DNA of 55,223 nucleotides, the filler included, from Sphacelaria rigidula (taxonomy: Eukaryota): NCBI GenBank assembly GCA_964200075.2. It is 5 parts of 5 records of this genome, joined end to end, with 100 filler letters (N's around TTAATTAATTAA, not from the genome) between each part and the next. Parts side by side here need not be neighbours in the genome. Positions count along the whole stretch, not along the records: positions 22,131 to 33,095 come from CAXNAA020005617.1; 4 more parts are not named here. The stretch is one strand, 5' to 3'. The position numbers were made by a program, and so were the translations under genes. The first letter of the stretch is position 1. Every line of letters starts with the position of its first letter. Of this stretch, positions 22,264 to 33,049 are shown in pieces. The notes beneath the pieces were generated by a model, which did not search any database, was not told where the DNA came from, and saw only the letters and a program-made list of their open reading frames with translations.

Positions 22264-25200
22264 CTACAGAAAAAAGGGGGGGCAACAGTTGCGACGAAGT
22301 AGCGTGATCCAAAGCGGGGCGTGGACGTCGTGGGTGTGGTCGATGTTGCGCTGGAGACCGCGGCGAAGTCTTATGGGCTTAAGGCGCTGGAGGCACCAGG
22401 ATCCGCGTGGTGCACATGGGCTGGTGGTGTACAGTGCTGGTCGGAGCTTGAGTTGTATGGGTCCAGGGTCATAGATGAAGCGCACGATATATGTATCGGC
22501 CGAAACCAGGTTAGCGGAGTGAGTCTGACCCAACCACCAGAGGTTGTCGCTGCCTTTGAACCAAAGGTGGCTGCCCTTGGGCAGTATTCGCTGGTTTGCA
22601 AAGAACTTCGTCTCATAAGTCTTAGTGGGTACAAGTTCGTAACTATCAGCGACGAAGCGTAGTCCCTGATCGCGGTAAAGTTCGCGGGCTGCTGCGCCAC
22701 AACACATGTTGTGATATTTTTTGTTGTGAGCAAGATGCTGATGTTGGGATTGGGTCCAGTACAGGAGGATTGCATGGCGGTGCAATTGCAGGTCGGATTC
22801 GCGTTCCCAAGACGCTCTCCGGAGACCGTGCCAGTGTGTCTTATACATGACGGCGATTTTGTCACCTCGGCCACGATTTATCTGGTGGCCGGAGATGGAG
22901 GGCACGGTCAATCGGAGGGGCTTCTGCGTCACGTCGTCGGTTGTAACGTGGTGGGGCGGGGACTTGGTCGAGTAGCTGTTGAGAACATACTGTGTGAGTC
23001 CGGCAGGCGGGTACTTGAGCATGTCGCTTGTATCATGCGGGTTCGTGCAGGATTTGCATCTGTGCACGGAGACGCGGGGTTTGGTGTCCTCCCTGGAAGT
23101 CGCGAGGCAAGTCGAGACAGAGCAGTTTGTCACCAACGGGTTCATCATTCGGTGATGATGACGATGGTCCGACTGTCAGGATCTTGAATGGTCCTGTCCA
23201 ATTGAGGGACAATTTTGTCTCCAAAATTGTGTCGATAGCTGCCTTGCTGGTGCCTAGGCGGATGGTCGATAAACTGTTGTAGATCAAAACCCAATCAACA
23301 ATTTTTTCCAGTTGGGGCGTTTGTGCATGAGGTTGTAGAGAGTAGTGTTAGACCTCTCTAGGCGCGAGGCGTTGATAGCGTGTTGTTCGCGCACGAGGAT
23401 GAACGCTTTGCGTTGTCGTGCATGCGCCAGCTCGTGGTAGGATATCTGATGCTGATCCAATCCTTGGTGGCCGTCGAACGTGTGTCGCTCAAACACGGTG
23501 ATGGGCAGCCGAGGGTAACGTCCAAGATGGAGTTCATTCGGAAAAAGGCCTGTGGTGGCGTTAACTGAGTTGTTGTAGGACAACATGATGTGCGAGAGAT
23601 GTAGGTCCCAGTCATTTTGGCGGTCATTGACAACCATAGAGAGCATCTGGGACATGGTGTGATTAACTCTTTCGGTACCACCGTTACCGTTCGGGTGGTA
23701 AGTGCTCGTGGCAATTTTGCGGATGCCCAGGAGCTTGTAAAGCTTATCAAAGAGATCTGAGCAAAATTGCTGACCATTGTCTGAAAGGAGTCGCTTTGGG
23801 CAACGGTAGTGCTTACTGTAGTCGTGGACCAATATGTCGGCCGTTCCGGCGGCAGTGAAATCTGCGGCGGTTACCGCGTACATGGACGCGTGGCGGCTGA
23901 AGCGTTCAGTGAAGAGTAAGATGTAGGTGTTGCCGCGACCTGTGGTCGGTAGAGGGCCAAAGTAGTCAAAGGACACAAGGTGGCTTGGCTCGTTGGGGAG
24001 TCCCATAGAGATGACGGGCCAGCGTACTGTCTGCCGTGAAGTCTTCCGGGCTTGGCATTTGAAGCATCGCCGAATCCAGAAGCGGGGGGGAATTTCCATG
24101 CCAACCCACCAGTAAAAGCGTTCCAAGAGCGCTAGGGTGCGGGAAACACCAAGGTGACATGAAAAGTCTGTGTGGCAGCCTTTCATGACCCAGGGGCGCA
24201 TTAATAATGGGACATGTATGCGCTTTGGTTCGTCGCCGAGTAGTCGTGCGTGGCGTCCCGTGGTTGAAACGGAAACTGCGCCTGTCAAGGGCGTGGCGCG
24301 ACGCACGAGTAGCTGTACACCTTCATCCGTCGTAAAAAGGGTGCCTTCACGCACGAGCTCGTATACGTCAGAAATAACTGGTGGTGGGAGTATGCTAACC
24401 GGGGCTAGAAGGGCGGATGGTATAGGGACGGGGCAGTCGAGTTGTAAGTATCGGATGGCTGCGCGACATAGCGGTTCCGCGTTTTGTTCGCGAGCCCAAT
24501 CGCGGTGAAAGTAGCTGGCGAAAACATCGCGTAGATGACCTTCCGCTGGCGAGCCGACCAAACATGGTGGGGTAGGCAGCGGGGGAATAGGCAACGGGGC
24601 AGGAGTGCCGACGTCAATATCTGCCCCGGGAGCAGGAGCTACGTCATCAGCTCCATGCTCAGGAGTGGTGGATGTTGGTGGCGCCATAATAGGCGGCGGG
24701 AATGTAGTCGTGCGCGGCGAAGATTGGTCGCGGCGCGTGGTGCACGTTGCAAGGATGTTCGAGGCGTTGCGTGCTGGTCCGTGGGACCTGTGTTGCATGG
24801 CTCGTGGAATGTGCAGGTGTTATCAGTGACGGCGAGGCACTCGGGGTGGTGCGGGCGGCAGACCGGGAGCGCGTGTTGTCGGAGATTAGGTGGGTGACCG
24901 AAGGTATCTCCGTGAAGAGCTTCGCGCGAGTACCGAAAGTGCGGAAATCGACAAAATCGGAGGTCTTGGTGGGCGCTAACCTACCGAAGACGGCGTCGTA
25001 TGGTAGAGGGCGAGGTCCTTCCAAATGCATACCAGTTTCTGGGCACTGGAGATCGAGGGCGTAAACGGGGGTTGAAAAACGTCTAATCGCGTAAATTCCA
25101 GGTTCATCGGGTTCCGTTAAATGGCAAGCCCGGCTGGAATCTGTGGCCGTAGGCGGCAGGGGTAAGCGAGAAAGGAGATCAGCATTCCCGTTGGTTTTGC

Positions 25201-28200
25201 CTGGACGGTGCTTAATGGTATACCGGTACGCTGTTGGAAACTCCAACCATCGTTGTACACGCGGGTTGTGTTCGCCAACCTTGGAGAGTTGCTCAAGTGC
25301 CCCATGATCCGTATAGATCTCAAAGGGCACGTGAAAAAAATACAGTGGGGGGCTCTCAGTAGTGCCGGTATGTGCCCACCACGGACACCGGCACTACTCA
25401 GGGAGTCCGGCACTACTCTGAAAAGTGCCAAAACAGGTGCAATTGAGGGCTCTGAATACCTCAGTAGTGCCGCTTCTGGCACTACTGACGACCGTCCGTT
25501 CGTACCGTGCTAGGCTTGCCCTTCGTGGGACCAACGGAAGCACAAAACGGACGAGGACCTTTGTTTCAAGGGGTTTCGATAGGATACGTCACGTAAGGTT
25601 TCGGGGTAGCAGACTAAACACGATGTTTTTTTATTCTTCACATTCAACTTGATTGATCCTGTTCACAGGTTGATCATTTCCTTCCCTACTAGCACAACAG
25701 CAGCAGTACGGCCACAAAAGTTGCTCAGCCCGAAAGACCTTCCCGACAAGAAAAACAAGGACACATCTGCACCCAACGCAACTATGAAGGTGCGTCATCT
25801 GGTGTGAAAAAGAACTCACGAAAGAGTACACCGCCCACCAAAAGGAGTAAGCGGGAAAGAATGAATCATACCCCTTTTCACTTCCTACCGGCTACCGAGA
25901 CAAGGAGAGAGAGAAACAAACGACCTCGAAAAAAAAAACACTACTGGTGCTTGGTTAGTGGGGGGTAAGACGTGCGTGAGTGTGTCCGGAACCGGCACTG
26001 TTGAGGGTACAAAACCGTTCAAACCGTCACTACTGAGGGTCATCTGTCAGTAGTGCCGGGCGACACTACTGCGAGCTCTGGCTGTGCCCGGAGATTTTAC
26101 CGGCATTATATAGGTCGTTGGCACTATTCAACCGGCACTACTGAGAGCCCCCCACTGTATTGTCGAAGGCGCTTAATGGCTCAAGCGATTACTCCACCTT
26201 CCAGTTCTAGCGGGCTCCAATTGGCCTCGTTGGGTAGGGTAGCGCGGCTGAGATTAAGAATGGGTCGGACGGAGCCATCAACCCGAGGTTGATTCAAAAC
26301 TCCTCCAAATCCGTTTGTGCTGGCGTCAGTGTGGAGTTGGAAAAGGCGAGACCCAACTTGTACTGCCTCCCAACCAGGAAACCAGAGTACCGGCTTTTCG
26401 GCAAGCGTCTTGAGTAATTCGCGGGTGAAATTCTCCATTTCGGTTGTGAAAGAAGACACGGCTCCTTTCTTGAGTAGCTCAGTAAGGGGGCGAATCCGTT
26501 TTGAGAGATTCGGCAAAAAAATGCGGTAGTAGGATAGTGCGCCCAACTATGAGCGAAGTTGAGAAATGTTACTTGGCATCGGCAAGTCAGTCATCATCGC
26601 CTTGACTTTGTTTGTATCCGGATGCAGGCCTGCTGGCGAAATGGAATGCCCTTGGAAATCCAAGTCAGTCGCATCCAGGCGACCTTTGGATGGAGACAGT
26701 TTCAAATCGTGTGTTCGTAGGCGTGAGATAAATTCTCGTAGAGTGCGGATATGTGCAATGGGTGAGGCATCGAAAGCGATAGCGTCATCCGGGTACATGA
26801 TGATGTGCTCGAGGCCCTCGGTAACGCGTTGCATTAAGCGTTGAAAGCATCCCGGGGCAGTGGCAGCGCCTTGTGGCATTCGAAGCCACTCGTAGAGTCC
26901 GGACGAGGTACACAAGGCCGTCAGTGGGACTGTGTCCGGGTGAATAGCATTCTGAAAGAATTCAGAAGCGAGGTCGAAGGTGCTGAATATTTTTCCTTCG
27001 CCTAAGGAGTCGAAGACTTCATCAATGCGGGGAATTGGAAGTTTACCGACCACAGTGACGCGGTTCAACCGTTGGTAATTCACGTTTATGCGTATGTTTC
27101 CATCCTTTTGGGGGACGACCACGAGGGGCGAGGCCCAAGGAGAGGAGGAATGTTGTATTAATCCCGCTCCCAAATATCCATCCAAGATGGCGTCAACCTT
27201 TTTGGTAAGGATTCCGGTTGTCCGGTATGGCCGAGAAGAGATCGGCGAGACGCCAGGTTGGAGGGTAACCTCAAAGGGCAGCGTTTTGCAATGCCCAATA
27301 TCCGTCTTGGATCGGGAAAATCGGTCGTGGTACTGTAGCAGGACATCGCTGAGATCTCAGTTGACTGCCGGTTCCCAGCCGGGCCCATGAAGGTCAAAAT
27401 TGATGTCGCGCATGTGTGGCGGTAGTTGGTGCCACATTTGCAAGAAACTATTCCGAGAATCGGGTGACAAGCGCTGAAGCACTTCAGCAGGAGGATCGGA
27501 ATTTGACTGGGCAGAATCCACGGTGTGGACCTGCGGTGGGGTCGCAGAGGCGAGGTCGAAATAAGGTTCATCGACACAATGGACTGGCTCCGCAGGAGAT
27601 GTGGCGTTTGGCGCAGCAGGCTCTGTGACGCACGTCCCGAGTGGGATGTGCATCAGGGGAGCAGCGGTGATTCCTAAAATATCGCCGGGTTCCAAGTTAG
27701 GATGACCCGTAAGAGGGAGGAGTTGTTCCTGCCGAGACAAAATGTTCTGTGTCGGCTGATGCGCCAATACGGGGTAAAATTTCGGCAAGATAATGACCCG
27801 TAAGTGCTGGCATGCCATTTCGGCGAACTAGTGCAACTTCTAAAAGTTGAGGATCGTCGGAGAGTGTAATACCAACGCTACCGTTGTATCGTAGGTGGTA
27901 AGCAGCTCCGGTTGCTTGAGTATTCTTCTGGTAGGCCAGGGCGCCGTGGAGAGTATCAGAGTGCTCAAGATTGAATTCTCCACGAGGCGTGGAATGTGGC
28001 GATAGTGGTGGAAGCGTGCGGTAGGTTCGTTTATTAAACCGCATGTAGCTATATCTGCCCAATAATATGGCGTGGTGCATTGTGCTGTCGGGCACAATGT
28101 ATGCCCAGACTGCCAGGCTGGCAGAACGAGTGGTGTTGTGAAAGAATTGCACACTGAGACGTAGGGACTTTCGTGTCGTCAGGGGTGCGGCAGAATCACC

Positions 28201-28626
28201 GAATCCGCCCCATACTCGAGGTTGGGTGGTGGTTTCGCAAGCTGCAGTAGCAGCACCAGCCTGTTTCATGTGTTTCCATGTTGATTCCCGTATACATGTT
28301 TGCGGACTGCCGCTGTCCAACAAGGATACGCATTTGGTGAGCGTGGTAGCGTTTGGACCAGAGTGGATCGCAACGCGTGTAGTGAAAGTGGCTGGATCCA
28401 CAGAAACTTTACCGCCGACAAGATCCGGACCATGTTTCGGCAAGGTGAATTGGTCAGGATCAGCGGGGCTGACAGCAAAGACGCATGGCGGGTGATCCGC
28501 CGGTGGGTCAAATTTCTCACCAGAGAAAAGTGCGGACGGTATATTGTTTCCAGGTGTGGCACTGTCGGAGGGGCCATTAGCGATTTCGTAAAAAACCGTT
28601 TTTGGTCGACAGGGGTCGCCGTCCAA
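22264..28626 (-). mobile_element. pol: Ty3/Gypsy chromovirus pol, pseudogenised (PR-RT-RH-IN-chromodomain)
   Basis: Protease LLDSGS (ORF 27697..28626); RT SPWASPLVVVPQKDGNIRINVNYQRLN, MPQG and YPDD for YxDD (26547..27185); RNase H LHTDAS and ELE (26181..26546) plus IYTDH...NADLLSR (24659..25330); integrase H..HLG...C..CQ, FDYFGP, LSDNG, GTERVN (23284..24798); GPF motif WTGPFKI; chromodomain MYKTHWHG...SWERE. Domain order is Gypsy. Several frameshifts and stops. Confidence 0.95.
25343..26157. mobile_element. 815-bp non-autonomous Tc1/mariner-type element inserted in the Gypsy RNase H
   Basis: Perfect 27-bp TIR CAGTGGGGGGCTCTCAGTAGTGCCGGT, TA duplicated at 25341-25342 and 26158-26159, and many internal GGCACTACT motifs. 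Removing it restores AIKRLRQYFFHVPFEIYTDH. Confidence 0.95.
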
Positions 28627-28781
28627 GGGGGATCCAGATTGTGCGGGGCTGGAGTCGTCAATTGAAGAAGTTCTGCGGTATTCCGCGCCGCCAACAGCAG
28701 TAGCGAACGTTCTTTCAACACAGCCCGCGGAGTCCGTGACTAAGATTGTTCACCCGGCTCCCCCGGCACTATGCAGGAGCG

Positions 28782-30614
28782 TTAGAGACGACCGTTCGAA
28801 TCGACCCCCGTCTTCAACCTCCGCACACTTTTCAACACAGCCCGCAGAGCCGCGACTACAGTAGTAAGGCATGCTGCGGCCTCCGCGGCACGTAGGGTCG
28901 CCAATCGCGAAGCCAGCGAAAGGTACCGGGGCCCAGCCTGGTGCGCCAGCCGCGCGATAGCCTCCTCCCTACGGCCCCGGCAGGCAAGCAGCTCAGCCGC
29001 CTCCTTTTCCACCAACGCACGAGACCGCGCCCGAGAGTCCGCAGCCCGGGCTCTTGCCGCCACCGCCTCGGCCCAAGCGCGTTCTGCGGCCGCAACTTCC
29101 ACCGCCGCGGCGTCGTCGTCCCTTTCCACCGCGCTGTCAGCACGCGCCGCGTCGTCCCAACGAAGTTTTGCCGACGCCGTAGCGTCCATCGTAGCTGAAA
29201 TTCACGCGAGGGCCGCCTGTGCCAGGGCACAAGAACCTTCCGGAGGAGGGTCAGCCAATACTTCGAAACAACCCCCACACACTACCGGTTGAGCAACAGA
29301 CACTTTACCCCTCGACACGTCCGCGTAAGAACGCGAGCCGGGCACCCGCTTCCAACCCCCATCCTGCTCGGTGATCGGCTGAGGGGGCGGCACAGACACC
29401 TTACCCGCCTCTCCCCCCGTACCCGACAGAGACGAAGTGAACGAACGGTCCCGCCCCTCGGCAATTCCCGCCGCCCGAGCCATTCGCTTCTCGTCGGCTT
29501 GCAACAGACGCGCCAACAATTCATCCGGCACCGCAGTCGGCGGCCGTGCCCCGTCCCCCTTACGGAAATCATCGACCCCAGGTCCCGCAACCGTGGACAC
29601 AGAATTTCCTCCCCGCGGGGGCGAGGGCACATCCCAACCTGAAACACGCGGAGGCGGCGACAACTCCCTACCCTCTACCAAAACCCGTTCCTCCCGAGAC
29701 AAACGAGACAGTAGCGCGCGAACCTCACACACCAATTCACCCCTCACCTCAGTCGCCCGTGGCGACGCCGGCGGCGGCGGGGAGGGTGTGCGCCGCGCGT
29801 CGTCACTCATGATGCGGCGTCCCCGCGGCGACGCTCGCCCACACGACGAGCTCGACGCACCTGCGTCTGCTTCACCCCCGTCCACACCGGCAGCCTGCCG
29901 CGCCGAGTCTGTCACAGCCGGAGCACACGAAACGCGGCGAAGCACCACCGACACATAAAGACGGGTGAGACCACTACCTCCAAAGCCCCCCGTGTGCGAC
30001 ATACTCGAGACTCGGGACAGCGCGCCACCGGCGAAACCCTCATCACGCAACCCGCCCGACACCGAGGGCTCCCGCGAGCGACCAACCGGTGGCGATTCTG
30101 CCACGCCGCGACCAGAAGACTCGGAAATGGCGGCGCTACCCGCCGCCTCGATTTGGGCCAACAGAGACGATTCCAAATCAACACCAAAGTCTGTCGGCGC
30201 GCCAGAGGTCGACCCTGAGTCGGAAACCACACCCTCAGACATTACCACATCCCTACCCCGAGAGCTGGATGTAAACTCTCGAACGGTAACTTCTGTACCC
30301 TTCACCACCGATCCCGGTGGGGCCGAGTCCAACACACCCGCCACCCCCATCGCCGATGAAGTGGAGTTCTCACTAGCCTGTGTATCCCCTCGTACACCAA
30401 CAACTTCAATATCCCCCGGGTCCGGCGCGCGAGACGAGGGCAGCCCTCCACGGCCAGTAGAGTCAATTACCGACTCCCCACCCGCCGAACATGCAGCCCG
30501 CGCCCCGGCGCGAAGCGCGAGAGCATCTCCGCGAGGAGACGCGCCGGCGCGCTGCGACCGCGTGACCCGTCCTCCCCCCACCCCTTCAACACGACTGTGG
30601 TTCGCACCTGACAT
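28782..30614 (-). CDS. GC-rich, low-complexity ORF(s) in the gag position upstream of Gypsy pol
   Basis: 470-aa G/S/A/R-rich ORF (29202..30614) followed by an Ala/Glu/Arg helical ORF (28782..29189). No zinc knuckle or capsid motif recognised; the call rests on position only. Confidence 0.4.
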
Positions 30615-30687
30615 AAGAGCAACCTAAAACTCCGCAGCCGACGAACCCCAAAGAGCAGCAGCACAGCAAACCAGTCGACGACGTCAC

Positions 30688-33005
30688 TGAGAGGAACCTG
30701 AATTTCGCTCCCGAGAAAGAGAGAATCCTGCCTTCTCACTTGTAAGTTCTTGTATATGTGGTGCTCTTGGTGGCGCAGTCAACCAGGGCTGAGGATAGCA
30801 GCTGGGACAGTCAGGGTGGAAGCTTCGCGTGGAAGTGTGGAAGGAGAAAATAGAGTTGGCCAGAACTTTGTGTTGATGATTTATTATTTACGTTTAACTA
30901 TGTACACACGAGCCCTTGTTGTTTCAAACCCGAAAGCTTGAGTCTGGTGAGAACTGAACAAATGTGGGGCGCACCAAACTCAGCGGCCCGCACATAAAAA
31001 CAGTCAGTTGAAACGTTCCACACCCCTTCTGACGACATTCTGTCAGCTGCGTTGACAGTTACTCGATGCATTCTTTGCCCACCAAGGTCCCCAAGTTCAG
31101 CAGTTGAAACACGTAAGGACAAGCTCGGCCCTCGGCCGCTTGGAACCCGCTTCACAATCAACCTGCCTGTGATATCTACCCTGTAACGGTCTCTTCTTGG
31201 AAGTGTTCTTGTGTCATATTCCAGTAGGGCGCCGAATATCACCCCTGAGCAAGCAATCGCCGACGTAGAAACATCACACGCAGCCATTTGGCTACATCCC
31301 AAAATGCCTCCGGAGGGATGCGCGGCCCTCCAGGGGAAAAACAAGCTTCCGGAGGCCTTCAATCCCTCTGGAGGAAACCAAACTCTACCGACCCGGAGGG
31401 CCGCGCACCCCCGGAGGATTTTGGGGGTATGGGCGGCCCTCCAGAGGCAAAAATAAGCCTCCAGAGGCGTTTAATCCCTCTGGAGGAAACCAAAGAGTGT
31501 CCTCTGGAGGGCCGCGCACTCTTCCGGGGGCGTTTAATTCCTCTGGAAGCTCGAAAAGTTTACCCACCTGGAAGAATTCTGGAGATAGCCAAATGGCCGC
31601 GTGTGATCGCTTACAACGACTTATTTACACACTGAAAACTAAGCTCACCAAAAATATGTGAGGAACCTGAAATCCGCTCCCGAGAATTGTAATAGAGAAT
31701 CCCTGCTTCTAGCTTTTTGTATCCGCACGGAACAATGTTTTCGTGAGATTGAGAGTAGAGGATACGATTGAGAGTGAAAAGCGACCAATCAATCACTAAA
31801 TCGTTTCAGTTCCGAAATGCCCCTCCACGAGGCCCGATATTCTTTCTGTAGTAGCTTGCCACTGAGGCGCTTGATATCCCTGAGTAGGATATCGACGTGT
31901 AGCTGTAAGCACACGGCATAGAGGCAAACAAGAGCGCACACGGAACGAAAAATTGGCTGGGTCAAAGCAAAGGATCAAAGCCACTCTCAATCCGCGCTCT
32001 ACTCTTAGCTCACAAAAACGTTGTTACGGATGTTCTTGGTAGCTCAGTCAACCAGGGCTGAGGGTAGCGACTGGGACGGTAAGGGTGGAAGCTTCTGGTG
32101 GAAGTGGGGAAGGTGGAGGGTATAGTTTGCCAGAACTTCTTGTTGGTACGAAACACATTATTGATTTTCTCCATGTACATCAAAGGGTATGAGTCTAGCA
32201 TGCTAGAGTCATACCCTTCGATGTACACTCAAGTGTGGAGGTCGTGAGACTCCCGGTGACGGCAGGACCGTCGAAGGTAGCCGATGATTTTCCGCGTGTT
32301 ATGTATTCAAGGATTGACCGTAAGTCGTGCGGTTGAGGCAAGTAGATCACTCGGGAAAGCTCGCCGAGCGCGAGCGAGTGGGCCCGAAGACGAAGTCAAA
32401 AAGTGATTCCCAGGGATAGCCAACAGTTAGCTGGGAAGATCCCTGTTACCTTGGGGTCCCCGATCCAGCCGTACAGATATGGGAGTTTCGGGGCTCCTGT
32501 GGACTAGCCCTGTAACAGCCGTTCACTAGGATACACGTCATGAAAGGAAATCTCTCCGCACATCCCCACATGGCGATCTCCACACAAGCCCTTGTTGTTT
32601 CAAACTCCAAAGCTGGGGTCTGGTGAGAACTGAACAAGGGTGAGGTGCACCAAAACTCAGCGGCTCCCCCCACAGAAACAGTCAGTTGAAACGTTCCACA
32701 CCCTTTCTGACGACATTCTGCCCGCTATGTTGACGTTATTCGATGCATTCTTTGCCCACCAAGGTCCCCAAGTTCAGCAGTTGACACACCTGGAGGCGAG
32801 CTCGGCCCTCGGCCCCTTGGAACCCTCTCCACAATCAACCTGTCTGTGCCACCTCCCCTGGAACTGTCTTCAGTCTTTACCGAACTAGTTGTACTTTTGT
32901 CCTATTCCAGCAAGACGCTGAATATCACCCCTTTTACACCCGTTCCCTGTATTTCCAGACTGTTTCCAAGTCTAGTATCCCGACTGAAAACTGAGCTCAC
33001 CACAA
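30688..33005. repeat. Two diverged tandem copies of an LTR/leader-like unit (30688-31655 and 31657-33005)
   Basis: Both start TG(A/T)GAGGAACCTGAA.T.CGCTCCCGAGAA, share CAGTCAACCAGGGCTGAGG and a ~270-bp block starting GCCCTTGTTGTTTCAAAC, and end ACTGAAAACT.AGCTCACCA. Each copy carries different insertions. Confidence 0.75.
31275..31605. mobile_element. MITE with CACACGC termini and a 2-bp TSD (CMC/EnSpm-like)
   Basis: AT|CACACGCAGCCATTTGGCTA ... TAGCCAAATGGCCGCGTGTG|AT. The interior is built from repeated CCTCTGGAGG/CCTCCAGAGG motifs in both orientations. Confidence 0.8.
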
Positions 33006-33049
33006 ACACAGATGGCAAAAAACAATTTGCAACGAATATGCGTATGTAA

